Positions 1-10,163 of a stretch of DNA of 64,000 bases are shown here, piece by piece. Made by a program: the position numbers and the translations under genes. This DNA comes from Patescibacteria group bacterium (GTDB taxonomy: Bacteria; Patescibacteriota; Minisyncoccia; UBA6257; 2-01-FULL-56-20), in NCBI GenBank assembly GCA_018971305.1, contig JAGXBC010000001.1, forward strand, positions 98,284 through 162,283, written 5' to 3'. The notes below the pieces were generated by a model, which saw only the letters and a program-made list of their open reading frames with translations, was not told the origin of the DNA and did no database searches. Numbering within the stretch: position 1 is the stretch's first letter; each line of letters starts with the position of its first letter.

Positions 1-189
1 TAACATATCGGTTGCCTTATTTTCCAGATTATCCAATCTTTGACCAAGCGCGGAACAGAAATTCGCACCGGCGGCAGTGCCGGTTGAATTTCCTGCGGTC
101 GTCGGCCGGCCTTGAGCCGAAACGAAAACAGGCGCTATACTTGCCGTCGCCACAACTAAAATTAATGAATAGTTAATTAGTTTTTTCAT
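1..189 (-). CDS. Partial CDS (N-terminal 63 aa, continues beyond the window start). Secreted or membrane protein with a signal-peptide-like N-terminus.
   Basis: An ATG at 187-189 (minus) opens a frame that runs off the window edge. It translates MKKLINYSLILVVATASIAPVFVSAQ..., which reads as a hydrophobic signal peptide. Confidence 0.35.
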   Translation of the reverse strand, partial: MKKLINYSLILVVATASIAPVFVSAQGRPTTAGNSTGTAAGANFCSALGQRLDNLENKATDML

Positions 190-193
190 ATTT

Positions 194-475
194 TTAGAAT
201 TGGCTGGGGCTCAAAGATTGGTCAAAGGAATTACTGACATCTGTCGACGGAGCAACCAAAGATGGGTCCGACTCCGAAGGCGTAGCCGCGAGCTGATTAG
301 TGTCGCTCAAAATATTATTGGCTATCGCATCCGGATCAGAAGACTGCTGAGACTGCTGCGTGGCAGATGTTTCCGTCACAGGCGCACTGACCGGAGCAGC
401 GGGCTTCCATTGCAAATAAACTACCGCTACCGCCGCCACTACAATAATTATCACTAACAAAATTGTTTTATTCAT
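194..475 (-). CDS. Small hypothetical protein with an N-terminal TM anchor and a Ser/Gln/Pro-rich tail.
   Basis: 93-aa ORF. MNKTILLVIIIVVAAVAVVYL is a hydrophobic segment followed by a low-complexity tail. It sits in tandem with the upstream partial secreted protein. Confidence 0.4.
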   Translation of the reverse strand: MNKTILLVIIIVVAAVAVVYLQWKPAAPVSAPVTETSATQQSQQSSDPDAIANNILSDTNQLAATPSESDPSLVAPSTDVSNSFDQSLSPSQF

Positions 476-598
476 GAATTTTGACCAAATTTACTTCGAC
501 CTTTTATGTAAATATATACGGATTTACAGGATTAATTATAACATGGATTCGTTTATATTTTCGAGAAACGCGGTCCATTGCCTCCTGCAGCCAATGCC

Positions 599-658
599 CG
601 CTGCCTCTCGGAAATTTGAACGCCGCTTTGCGGCGTACCAAGCTCAAATTTCCTCCGA
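599..658. repeat. Left arm of a ~60-nt inverted repeat that flanks the 5S rRNA gene. Its partner is at 1040-1099.
   Basis: The reverse complement of 1040-1099 matches 599-658 at about 58 of 60 positions (cgctgcctctcggaaattYgaRcgccgctttgcggcgtaccaagctcaaatttcctccga). Confidence 0.8.
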
Positions 659-731
659 TAGCTTCTCGAAAACAAAAACTTCATCCGATAAAAATATTCA
701 AAGAATGAAGCAACAAAAAAACTGCGGTGCT

Positions 732-856
<125 letters not shown>

Positions 857-1039
857 AACACCGCAGCATTCTGTTGTTTACATTATTTTCAGAAACGTAG
901 GCTTGCTGTTTTGATGAAACGAATTTTCATCAAATGGTTCGCTCGACAAAAATTCATCCTTTGCGAATTCTTGTCTCGCTGCCATTTGTAAGAAGCTCGC
1001 CTATTTCAGAAACGGAAACTTTCCCTTCGCGAGGAGCTC

Positions 1040-1099
1040 TCGGAGGAAATTTGAGCTTGGTACGCCGCAAAGCGGCGCTCGAATTTCCGAGAGGCAGCG
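1040..1099. repeat. Right arm of the 5S-flanking inverted repeat, lying between the 23S 3' end and the 5S.
   Basis: See partner at 599-658. In the pre-rRNA the two arms would form a ~60-bp duplex enclosing the 5S. Confidence 0.8.
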
Positions 1100-1276
1100 A
1101 AAATTTCTCGCTTGAAGAAATTTATCGCGGTTCTCGGGAAGGGAAAGTTGTAGTAAGTCAGCATTGGGATGGTTGGCGTGTATTAGTACTCCTTGGCTTA
1201 AACCCTTGCGGGCCTTACACCTAGAGCCTATCAACGTCGTAGTCTTCAACGAACACATGATACCTAATCTTGGGGT

Positions 1277-1310
<34 letters not shown>

Positions 1311-1428
1311 CTTCCCGACATAGCTACCCGGCGCTTCAGTTGGTACCAAAGCCGGTAGACCAGAGGTCAGTTCAGCCCAGTCCTCTCGTACTAGGGCCAA
1401 CTCCCCTCAAGTATTAACGCCTGCAACA

Positions 1429-1469
<41 letters not shown>

Positions 1470-2125
1470 ACGTGCCACTTTAATTGGCGAACAGCCAAAC
1501 GCTTGGGAGCTTCTACACCCCCGCGCTGTGGCGAGCCGACATCGAGGTGCCGAGCGAAGTCGTCGATAGGAACTCTCGGACTTCACCAGCCTGTTATCCC
1601 CGGAGTAGCTTTTATCCGGTGTCTCCGATCTTTCTATGAAGAATCGTCGGGTCACTAACTTCTGCTTTCGCATCTGCTCGACTTGTATGTCTCGCAGTTA
1701 AGCCGGCTTTTGCGTTTACACGTCCTGCCCGATTTCCATCCGGGCTAAGCCGACCTTAATAAACTCCTCCGTTACTCTTTTGGAGGAAAACGCCCCATTT
1801 AAACTGCCTACCAAGCACTGTCCCGGTGAGATTTCCATTGTTAGGTTTCTCACTGGTTAGACGTTAAAGTTTTAAAAATGGCTGTTTCATTGTCGGATCC
1901 ACGGCGCCCGAGAGCACCGCTTCAAATCCTCACCACTACGCTACGTAGTAAAACTCTAAAATCAATACCAAGCTGCAGTAAAGCTTCCGGGGTCTTTTCG
2001 TCCCGCTGCAGGTATCCCGCGTCTTCACGGGAATCGCATTTTCACCGAGCTTGCCTCTGAGACAGTTCTCTGATCGTTACGCCTTTCGTGCGCTTCGGAA
2101 CTTACCCGAAAAGGAATTGCGCTTA

Positions 2126-2825
2126 ATTGTGTTATTCTGCCCGGCTCCTTTTCCGGACAACTCTGCATATCGCTATGCAGTTCGGACTATATCTTATCTA
2201 AACCCGAACCGCTCTGCGGTTTTAGGGCTGACCCCAACATATAGTCTCTGAGGATTCTAAAAACGTTTCTTTCTTCGATTCGTTTTGCCTGCAAATTTTA
2301 AAATCTTCTGCCATCCATTTTTTGTTAGGTGTTTCTTTCTCGCCATATCCGCAACAACTTTCTTAAAAATAGAAAAGTCGTTTATTTTATATGTTCGGAG
2401 TGGAAACCTATCAAAGAATGGAATAATAGTGCTTTGCAATTCCGAAATTGACCTTACGCAATAGCGATAAAGATGTTCATGATGATTATCGTATCGTTTA
2501 TTCAGAACGATACTGCCACAACTAAAAAATTCTTTTATCGCTTCTAGCGCTTTTAAACTTTTAGCGCCTTGTGTAATTACGAATTCCGGAAAAATTTGCT
2601 TGCCGAATCGAGTGGTCGGATTCTTGATAACCGAAATTACGAAGCTTCCTTCGCCATCGGTAAATCCAGAAATCCAACTTGCCATTTTTAGCCTTTCCTG
2701 CTGATTGTCTGCACCGAAAACTTTTTTACCTGGCATAATATATCTATGGACGTATTATACCATAGTAGTCTCGGATTCTCCAGATATTCCAGCATATAGT
2801 TGAGTTTTACTAAAGCAACGCATTC
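2126..2825 (-). mobile_element. Group I intron in the 23S rRNA. It is inserted between exon sequences that correspond to E. coli ...CGGTCCTAAGGT|AGCGAAATTCC... (about position 1917).
   Basis: Exon homology to 23S stops after ...CGTTCTAAGGT (complement of 2826-2836). It resumes at AAGCGCAATTCCTTTTCGGGTAAGTTCC (complement of ~2124 downward). The ~700 nt between encode a LAGLIDADG ORF. Boundaries are good to +/- a few nt. Confidence 0.7.
2257..2736 (-). CDS. LAGLIDADG-family homing endonuclease (single-motif, I-CreI-like), encoded inside the intron.
   Basis: 159 aa containing ...WISGFTDGEGSF..., the LAGLIDADG motif. It lies wholly within the 23S interruption. Confidence 0.85.
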   Translation of the reverse strand: MPGKKVFGADNQQERLKMASWISGFTDGEGSFVISVIKNPTTRFGKQIFPEFVITQGAKSLKALEAIKEFFSCGSIVLNKRYDNHHEHLYRYCVRSISELQSTIIPFFDRFPLRTYKINDFSIFKKVVADMARKKHLTKNGWQKILKFAGKTNRRKKRF

Positions 2826-5035
2826 ACCTTAGAACGATTATAGTTATCGCTGACATTGACGAGGGCTTGAGCCGGTGGGCAGTACATATTGCTACATACC
2901 ACTCCCAGCCTTGACCTTCTCGCATCGGTCAGGCGTCACCCCCTATACATCCTCTTGCGAGTTCGCAGGGAGCTGTGTTTTTGGTAAACAGTCGCCAGAG
3001 AGACTTTCGCTGCGGCCCTTCAATGAAGAAGGGCAGGCCATATCGCTAACTTACGGCCGCTTTTTTGCCGAGTTCCTTAGAGGCAAATCACTCGTTCCCC
3101 TTGGGCTTCTCGCCCTATCCACCTGTGTCGGTTTCCGGTACGGATCCCACATAACATAAACACCGCGCTTTTCTCGGAAGGCTATTCGTCGAAGTTTGCG
3201 GAGTAAATTCTCCGCATTCCCGCTCTCCCGGCCGGAGCCTTAGAGCACGGATGCCAAACCAATAAGGCACTTCGATTTATTTCCTTCGCACACTATGTGT
3301 AATTATGCGGGAGGGACGGAATATTAACCGTCTGACCATCAGCTGCGGCTTTCGCCATTGCCTTAGGACCGCCTAACCCGTGGTTGATTGCCAGTGCCAC
3401 GGAAACCTTGGATTTTCGGGGTTCCAATTTCTCATTGGGATTGTGGTTACTCATGCCAACATTTGCTCTTCGTACCGCTCCACGCGCCCTCGCGGGTCGG
3501 GCTTCAACGCAATACGAATGCTCTCCTACCACACCAATGCACAGCATTGGAAGCTCCAAACTCCAAAAATACAATTTCCAAACGTTTGGAAATTAAATAC
3601 TTGGAATTTGAAATTTCCAGTGCCATGCACTGGCATTCATATCTTCGGTACCATGCTTAGCCCCGGTACATTTTCGGCGCACATCGCCATCGAATAGTGA
3701 GTTGTTACACACTCTTTAAAGGATGGCTACCTCTAAGCCAACCTACTATCTGTCTATGGCGACACACTACCTTTAACACTTAGCATGGATTTAGGGACCT
3801 TAGATGATGATCTGGGCTGTTGCCCTCGCGACCATGGAGCTTAGCCCCCACAGTCTGACTAATGGAATTTTGACTCTTGGTATTCGGAGTTTGATTGATC
3901 TGTCGGCCTTTCGGCCTTTACAGATCATCCAGTGCTCTACCCCCAAGAGGAACTTCCACCGCTAGTCCTAAAACTATTTCGGAGAGAACCAGCTATTACC
4001 AGATTCGATTAGCTTTTCACTCCTTACCTCAGGTCATCCGAAGGTTTTGAACAACCAACCGGTTCGGGCCTCCAGTCCGCTTTCGCGAACTTTCACCCTG
4101 CCCAAGGCAAGCTCATCTGGCTTCGGGTCTATACTGCACTGCTTTATTTCGCCCTATTAAGACTCGGTTTCCCTATGCGTACATACCATTTAGGTACTTA
4201 CACGAGCAATGCAAAAATAAGTCGTTGGCTCATTCTTCAATAGGCACACTGTTGTCCTCGTTCTTCCTCTCGAAAAAACGTTCGGACTTCAGTTCCTTGT
4301 AGACAAATGGTTTCAGGTTCTATTTCAACGGCCTCACCGGCCTGCTTTTCGCCTTTCCCTCACGGTACTTGTTCACTATCGATCATCAAAAGTATTTAGC
4401 CTTACCAGATAGTACTGGCAAATTCCTTCGAGACTGTTTGACCTCGAAGTACTCAAGATGCAGCTTGATTTAACTCTTGCTGCAAAAAAACTAAGAAGTT
4501 CTCCGGTTTTCGCCTACCGGGCTATCACCGTCTTTGGCGCCCCTTTCCAGTGGGCTTCGACTAACCGAAAAATTTGTAACTTCTCCTTATTCCGTAAACC
4601 GCCAAATCTCCGACTCCGCCAGACGGCGGATCGGAAACTCGGCGATTCAAAGAACAGAGTTTTTTTCTTTTTACCCCAAGCTCTAAAACTTAGAGCTTAG
4701 TTTGGGCTCTTCCCTTTTCTCTCGCCGATACTAAGGGAATAACGTTTGTTCTTTATTCCTCCGCTTACTGGAATGTTTTACTTCAGCGGGTTTGCTTTCG
4801 GCTTACGCCGAAAAATTGAGGTTTGCTCAATTGGGTTTCCCCATTCGGAAATCCCCGGATCGCAGGTTGCTACGCACCTCCCCGGGGCGTATCGTTGCTA
4901 CGCCACGTCCTTCATCGCCTTTTGATGTCTAGGCATCCACCATTCGCCCTTATTGCCAACCATCCCAATACTGACTTTTTGCCGAGACTGAGAGAAAGAG
5001 GTCTCTATTATAAATAAAGAGACCGGAGTTTTTGC

Positions 5036-5108
5036 AGGCACGGGCAGGAATCGAACCTGCGATTAGATGGCTTGCACACCATCCGCCTTACCACTTGGCT
5101 ACCGTGCC
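5036..5108 (-). tRNA. tRNA, most consistent with tRNA-Cys(GCA), but the anticodon loop is non-canonical at 8 nt.
   Basis: Minus strand reads GGCACGG-TA-GCC..GGC-G-GATGG-UGUGCAAG-CCATC-TAATC-GCAGG-TTCGATT-CCTGC-CCGTGCC-T. Acceptor and T arms are canonical. The discriminator is U73, as in tRNA-Cys. The anticodon stem GATGG/CCATC leaves an 8-nt loop that contains GCA. Confidence 0.5.
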
Positions 5109-5149
5109 GAGCTAAAAACTAAAAATGAAAAAACAAAGAGCTAAGGGTT

Positions 5150-5226
5150 TGGTCGGTCCGGCTGGATTTGAACCAGCAACCTCCTGCTCCGACAGCAGAC
5201 GCGCTACCAGGTTACGCTACGGACCG
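5150..5226 (-). tRNA. tRNA-Arg-like (anticodon UCG), with G at position 33 and an encoded CCA.
   Basis: Minus strand reads CGGTCCG-TA-GCGT-AACCTGGTA-GCGC-G-TCTGC-TGTCGGA-GCAGG-AGGTT-GCTGG-TTCAAAT-CCAGC-CGGACCG-A-CCA. Acceptor, D and T arms are canonical. The loop UGUCGGA gives anticodon UCG, with G33 in place of the usual U33. Confidence 0.5.
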
Positions 5227-5454
5227 ACACAAAATTTCCTTCTCTCAGTCTCGGCTATGCCCTGCCCGCCACGAGAAATTGTACTCTGGAAAATAAAATG
5301 TTGTTCGAAAATGCGATTGTATTTTCAGAGATCCCGCTCCGCCAAATGGCGGACGGAATAAGATGTGACGCAGGGCTTCTGATATTTTCGCCCGACTCTA
5401 CATTTCGGGCGCTACCTAAAGTCGATAGTTTATAAAGCTGCGATCGGCTCAGGA

Positions 5455-5481
5455 GCAACAAAAAACCGCTTCGTAAAGCGG
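5455..5481 (-). terminator. Candidate Rho-independent terminator on the minus strand, upstream of the tRNA-tRNA-23S-5S transcription unit.
   Basis: The minus strand reads CCGCTT-TACG-AAGCGG followed by TTTTTTGTTG. Confidence 0.35.
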
Positions 5482-5617
5482 CGTTCATGCACCAAAAAGC
5501 GCATGCGAATCAGCCGCTTGTACTTAGGAGTTTTTTACAGATATTCATTCTTGAAGTTCATTATACTCCCCCGGTAAAACATGTCAAGGGCATAAGAATC
5601 TGATAAGATATAGCATT

Positions 5618-6616
5618 ATGACCGCCAAGAAAGCCATAAAAAATTGGCACATAGGAAAAATTTTCGGACTTTATCCTGTCTCCACGGGGATATTTAACGA
5701 AACACATATCGCACGCTCCAACACTGGCGTGTATGTTCTGCAAAGACTGCATCCTCTTATATCAAGAAAAGGACCGACAGAAAATTATCTGGCTGCATCG
5801 GTATTTCTCGCGAGCAAAAACCTGCCCGCCCAGAGAGTTATTCTTACGAAGCGCGGCAATCTGCTTGCTAAAGATGGCGATCGTTTTTGGAGATTGCTTA
5901 CCGCCATACCAGGGCATGTTTACAATAAAGCGAAAAATATAAAAATGGTCGGGGAAGCCGGGATGCAGCTTGGAAAATTCCATGCGCTTTTCAAAAGTTT
6001 TCGTGGCCAGATTAAAAAACCTTTACCGATGTTCCAATACGATAATGTCCTGAAAAATCTTAGACGCCACTCAAAAGAATTTTTCGCCGACAAAAATATC
6101 GCCGTTCGCGAAGCGGCTAAATTTCTGCTCGCAGAATTTCCCAAAAATTTTCTTCCCAAAAATCTTCCCCGCCGCCTCATCCACACCGACCCAAAAATTT
6201 CCAATTTTATTTTTGACGATAAAGACAACGCCGTCGCGATGATAGATATGGACACCATACAATACCTTTCCCCGCTCTACGACCTGGGCGATGCCCTGAG
6301 GTCTTTCTGCGGCAAAAAGGAGGACGACCCGAAAAATAAATTCGATATAAAAAAATATAAAGCGTTCTTAGCCGGATATAAAAAGAGTTCCGGCAGTTAT
6401 CTGGGCCGCAAGGAATGGCAACTTATCCGGCAGGCAACCGGGCTCGTAATTTTGGGCCTGGCAACCCGATTTTTGAACGATTACGTGGACGATTTCTACT
6501 TCGGCTGGAATCCGAAAAAATATAAATCAAGAAAAGAACATAACCTCGCCCGCGCATTGGGACAAATTGCGCTGTATAAAGATTTTAGAAGTAAGGTTCA
6601 TGGAGAACACTGGTAA
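5618..6616 (+). CDS. Aminoglycoside/homoserine-kinase-type phosphotransferase (APH family).
   Basis: 332 aa. Contains an HTDPKISNFIFD catalytic-loop-like motif (H-x-D-x4-N) and a DMDT..Y motif typical of the APH/choline kinase fold. Confidence 0.6.
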   Translation: MTAKKAIKNWHIGKIFGLYPVSTGIFNETHIARSNTGVYVLQRLHPLISRKGPTENYLAASVFLASKNLPAQRVILTKRGNLLAKDGDRFWRLLTAIPGHVYNKAKNIKMVGEAGMQLGKFHALFKSFRGQIKKPLPMFQYDNVLKNLRRHSKEFFADKNIAVREAAKFLLAEFPKNFLPKNLPRRLIHTDPKISNFIFDDKDNAVAMIDMDTIQYLSPLYDLGDALRSFCGKKEDDPKNKFDIKKYKAFLAGYKKSSGSYLGRKEWQLIRQATGLVILGLATRFLNDYVDDFYFGWNPKKYKSRKEHNLARALGQIALYKDFRSKVHGEHW

Positions 6617-6671
6617 GATATTTGTTTTTGCTATTTTACTCTTATTTAGATAATATTTTGCTATAGTTTTC

Positions 6672-6743
6672 TATAAAAAATCGGGCCGTAGTATACCGGT
6701 AGTACGTGCGCTTCGGGTGCGCAAAGACCGGGTTCGATTCCCG
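6672..6743 (+). tRNA. tRNA-Pro(CGG).
   Basis: CGGGCCG-TA-GTAT-ACCGGTA-GTAC-G-TGCGC-TTCGGGT-GCGCA-AAGAC-CCGGG-TTCGATT-CCCGG-CGGCCCG-A. Anticodon CGG, G37. Confidence 0.85.
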
Positions 6744-6798
6744 GCGGCCCGACATAACTGCCAGAGCGGTAGGAATACCATCCTTGCCAAACTTTACG

Positions 6799-7599
6799 CT
6801 ATTGGGTAAAAAGAGCTGCTTTCAGCTGGTTGTACTCGACTGTTGGATTAGAAGTATTTATGTGTATGCCGTTTTCATATAGAGCCTCGGCTAGGAGTCC
6901 TGGTTCATTTTGGATGGTCGCCGGCGATTCTATATCGAGCTCTAAGATTTTCGGGAGAGGATCCTCGGCTACTTTTGCTGCGTTGAATACATCGTACATT
7001 TCCATACCGTCATATCGCGTATAGTGTTCTTCGATCAAACAAATGTCCAAGTTCACGCTATAATGGGCACCCAGCCCCACGTCAGAATTGCCACTCGCAG
7101 AACCCGCGTACTGTTGCTGCCATGCTGCGTAAGAAACCTGACACCTTGCTTCATCTTGCGATGGCTGAATGGTCGCGTATGAGCCCGATTGAGGACCGTT
7201 GATATCAAATAGCGCCGAAGGGGCGGGTTGTTCTCCTGACTGGTGTGTAGTTGGGCTGCTGTATGAGGCTCCCTGATTATTAGATGCTGCGAAGGCGATG
7301 ATGATGACAACGATTGTGACTAACAAAATAAGCCACGCATTTCTCCATCTCCGCTGAGTATTCTTAAAATGTTCAACGCTGGCCCAGTGTTTGTTCTTCC
7401 AGGCCCATTCATTGCCTTTTGCGCCCAGAACGAAAATCATCACTAGATTGACGATAGGGATAAGCGCCAAAAGCGCGATATAGGTACCATTCCCGAGCCC
7501 CCATATCCAGTTCAATCCAAAAGCACCCCAATTCCACCCCCTTATCTCGGAAGGGACATAATCATCGACCCTACCGTCTTTAATTTTATATTTTGTCAT
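6799..7599 (-). CDS. Hypothetical membrane protein (two predicted TM segments with a Gln/Ser-rich extracellular region).
   Basis: 266-aa ORF. Hydrophobic stretches at IALLALIPIVNLVMIFVLG and AWLILLVTIVVIIIAFAA. Confidence 0.5.
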   Translation of the reverse strand: MTKYKIKDGRVDDYVPSEIRGWNWGAFGLNWIWGLGNGTYIALLALIPIVNLVMIFVLGAKGNEWAWKNKHWASVEHFKNTQRRWRNAWLILLVTIVVIIIAFAASNNQGASYSSPTTHQSGEQPAPSALFDINGPQSGSYATIQPSQDEARCQVSYAAWQQQYAGSASGNSDVGLGAHYSVNLDICLIEEHYTRYDGMEMYDVFNAAKVAEDPLPKILELDIESPATIQNEPGLLAEALYENGIHINTSNPTVEYNQLKAALFTQ

Positions 7600-7640
7600 A
7601 AATCTTTATTATAACCGTCTGATTGTTTTTATTATTTAGA

Positions 7641-8072
7641 CTATTTATCCCCCGTACTGCCGAATCCCCCGCGGGTTTTGCCAGGCATTTTTTCAACCTC
7701 TTCCCAGTCGGCTTTGGCGAATTTTATAAACATTCCCTGTGTCAGCCGCTCGCCTTTTTCCACGCGCACCGGTTTGTCCGTGAAGTTGTAATAGGCAGAT
7801 TTGAATTCGTCATCATCACCGCAATAATCCGGGTCAACGATTCCCACCCCATTAACCATCATCAATCCCTTTTTATGGGCCGAACTTCTGGCAGCAAGCA
7901 AAATAAAATGTTCCGCCGGCGCTTCCATTGCGACATTAAGCGGCACGAGGCGAATCTCTTTCGGGGGGATTTCCACGTCTTCCCTCGCCGTCAGGTCAAA
8001 AGCCGCGGCACCGCTAGTTTTGTGCTCCGGCAAGGGAATATTTTTATCAAAACGTTTTATTTTAACGCGCAT
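7641..8072 (-). CDS. dut: dUTP diphosphatase (dUTPase).
   Basis: 143 aa with the conserved dUTPase motifs AARSS..KKG, GVGIVDPDY.GD and the C-terminal RGGFGSTG. Confidence 0.85.
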   Translation of the reverse strand: MRVKIKRFDKNIPLPEHKTSGAAAFDLTAREDVEIPPKEIRLVPLNVAMEAPAEHFILLAARSSAHKKGLMMVNGVGIVDPDYCGDDDEFKSAYYNFTDKPVRVEKGERLTQGMFIKFAKADWEEVEKMPGKTRGGFGSTGDK

Positions 8073-8472
8073 TCGGGTGTTTTATATTTTTTCTGTGATG
8101 ATGCAATTTTTTTGATTTCTGCGTTAGGGCGAAAACAGTCAAAACAAGAATATAATCGGCTATGATATCGGAAGCGAGGTGATAATGCGTTCCCGAAATA
8201 AACGACACCACAAATAGGCTGGATATAAGGGCGGTCCAGAAAATAACAAACAGTTCTCCGGGATGGCGGCCATCATGCAGGTCGTACCAGCGGTCAAATT
8301 CTTTGGTGCCGACATAAATAGTTAGTATGCCGGCATATAGCGCGCTAAGCGGCGCTATCAGATCGGAATAAAAATCCATAGAGAAAAAATTCATGACAAT
8401 AAAAATCATGAATATCAGCGTCCAAATATCACATAGAATTCTCCAAATTTTTTCCTCGCGAAAAATATTCAT
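8062..8472 (-). CDS. Hypothetical integral membrane protein.
   Basis: 136 aa with 3-4 hydrophobic helices. It overlaps the dut start by 11 nt, which suggests one operon. Confidence 0.45.
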   Translation of the reverse strand: MNIFREEKIWRILCDIWTLIFMIFIVMNFFSMDFYSDLIAPLSALYAGILTIYVGTKEFDRWYDLHDGRHPGELFVIFWTALISSLFVVSFISGTHYHLASDIIADYILVLTVFALTQKSKKLHHHRKNIKHPNAR

Positions 8473-8588
8473 CCCATTAGAAGCAGGTCGCGATTAATGC
8501 AGCCTGCAAAATTATTTTATAATAACGACCATATATTTGATTAAATTATGTTGTTTAAGGAGGCAATTGCGGCTTCTAACGGGATTCA

Positions 8589-10082
8589 TTATTTAACGTG
8601 GTGTTTTTCTTTGATCTCCTCCTCGACGCCATCCTCAAATTCATCTTTGCGGTTTTTGGCTTTTTCCGCAAGCTTTTTAAGATCGTTGTCAGACATACTG
8701 CCCAGTTCTTTTACTCTCTCCTCCAGTTTTTCTTTGTCGTTACCTTTCGGTTCATCCAAAACCTCCTCTAAAAGGACCGATAAAACCCAACCAACGCGCG
8801 GTCCGGGCGGTACTTCTAAAATTTTCATCACATCATCACCGCGCACCGCAAGCATCTTCGGAGAAATAGGATCACGCTTGACTTTATCTATCATAAATAA
8901 AAGGTGGCGCAGTTTATAGGGAAACGCCTTGGGCACTCCCGAGCCGATCCTGTCAGCTTCGCGGACTTGCAACAGCTCATCAACGCTTTCCGGACCGACG
9001 CGAGCTAAAAACCTGCGCACCCCGGCGGCGGATACTTCATCGGTGTTGTAATAAAACATATGATAGCGGACAAGGTGTGCCACTTTCTCGGAAAATTCTT
9101 TGGGGAAGTGCAGGCGGTCAAGGGAGATGGTAGCAAGTTTTGCTCCGATATATTCGTGCTGATAAAAAGTCGAGTCCGGACCCTCGCCCCTCTTTGATTT
9201 CGGCTTGCCCACATCATGTAAAAGCGAGGCCAATCGCACTTCGGTCGAATAATTTTGCTTGGCGGTGTAATCGAGAGCACGCACGTTATGTTCGAAAACT
9301 GTGTAAATATGATGCTTATTCTGGCCGACATTTATCCCCTCACGCAGCTCGGGAATAACGTTCCTCAATAAATTAAGTTCTTCCAAAAGAATTATACCCT
9401 GGGCCGCGCGCGGACAGTTTAGAATCTTTATGAACTCGTCGCGGATGCGCTCTTTGGCTATCATCTCCAGTTCGCCGGAAAGTTTTTCGATGGCCTTACG
9501 CGTGCTTGGCTCTATCTGAAAATCCAACTCAACGGCAAAGCGGACCGCGCGCATTAGGCGCAACGCATCTTCAGAGAAACGCTCCTCTGAGTTGCCCACC
9601 GTACGAATAATTTTATCCTTCAGGTCGTCTTGCCCCTCAAAAGAGTCGATAATTTCACTTTTCTTCCCAACAACATCAAGCGCGAGGGCATTTATCGTAA
9701 AATCGCGCCTGGCCAGGTCTTCTTCCACCGTTTTGGCAAACTTAATTTCGTCCGGATGGCGTTTGTCGGTATATTTTCCTTCTATTCTATAAGTAGTAAC
9801 CTCCACAACCTTAAGCCGCGGGTCTTCCGACTCGGTTTTTATGCCAACTGTTCCAAAATCATTTTCATAAACCGTGGCGGGCTTGTCCTCCGTAGCACCA
9901 GCAAAGGAGGAAAATAATTTCTGCACTTCTTCCGGTTTGGCATTCGTAGTTATATCCCAATCTTTCGGCTCTCTTCCCAGCAAAAGATCGCGAACACAGC
10001 CGCCAACAAGATGGGCGTCGTAACCGGCCTCATTAAGCCTCTTCCCGATTCTTTTAACCTCTTTGGGGATGTCGTAATTCAT
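8589..10082 (-). CDS. cca: CCA-adding tRNA nucleotidyltransferase with an HD domain, plus a Lys/Glu-rich C-terminal tail.
   Basis: The N-terminus has GGCVRDLLLGREPKDWDITT, the PolyA_pol head signature. HDVGKP marks the HD domain. 497 aa. Confidence 0.8.
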   Translation of the reverse strand: MNYDIPKEVKRIGKRLNEAGYDAHLVGGCVRDLLLGREPKDWDITTNAKPEEVQKLFSSFAGATEDKPATVYENDFGTVGIKTESEDPRLKVVEVTTYRIEGKYTDKRHPDEIKFAKTVEEDLARRDFTINALALDVVGKKSEIIDSFEGQDDLKDKIIRTVGNSEERFSEDALRLMRAVRFAVELDFQIEPSTRKAIEKLSGELEMIAKERIRDEFIKILNCPRAAQGIILLEELNLLRNVIPELREGINVGQNKHHIYTVFEHNVRALDYTAKQNYSTEVRLASLLHDVGKPKSKRGEGPDSTFYQHEYIGAKLATISLDRLHFPKEFSEKVAHLVRYHMFYYNTDEVSAAGVRRFLARVGPESVDELLQVREADRIGSGVPKAFPYKLRHLLFMIDKVKRDPISPKMLAVRGDDVMKILEVPPGPRVGWVLSVLLEEVLDEPKGNDKEKLEERVKELGSMSDNDLKKLAEKAKNRKDEFEDGVEEEIKEKHHVK

Positions 10083-10163
10083 TCATTTTATTGTATGCTG
10101 ATTTGCTGCTTTTTTCTAATACATTTATACTTCTACCCAGAAACTTAATCAGTTGGAGGCAAG

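Noticed and set aside
3290-3700. Possible second intron or second homing endonuclease in the 23S.
   Set aside because: The flanking sequence stays 23S-like, and none of the ORFs there have LAGLIDADG, GIY-YIG or HNH motifs. It is better explained as expansion hairpins.
5125-5488. ORFs 5125-5361 (+) and 5255-5488 (-).
   Set aside because: They overlap the tRNA genes and the non-coding leader of the rRNA operon. No coding signal.
7623-8165. 180-aa plus-strand ORF.
   Set aside because: It is antisense to dut and the adjacent membrane protein. dut on the minus strand has all the conserved motifs.
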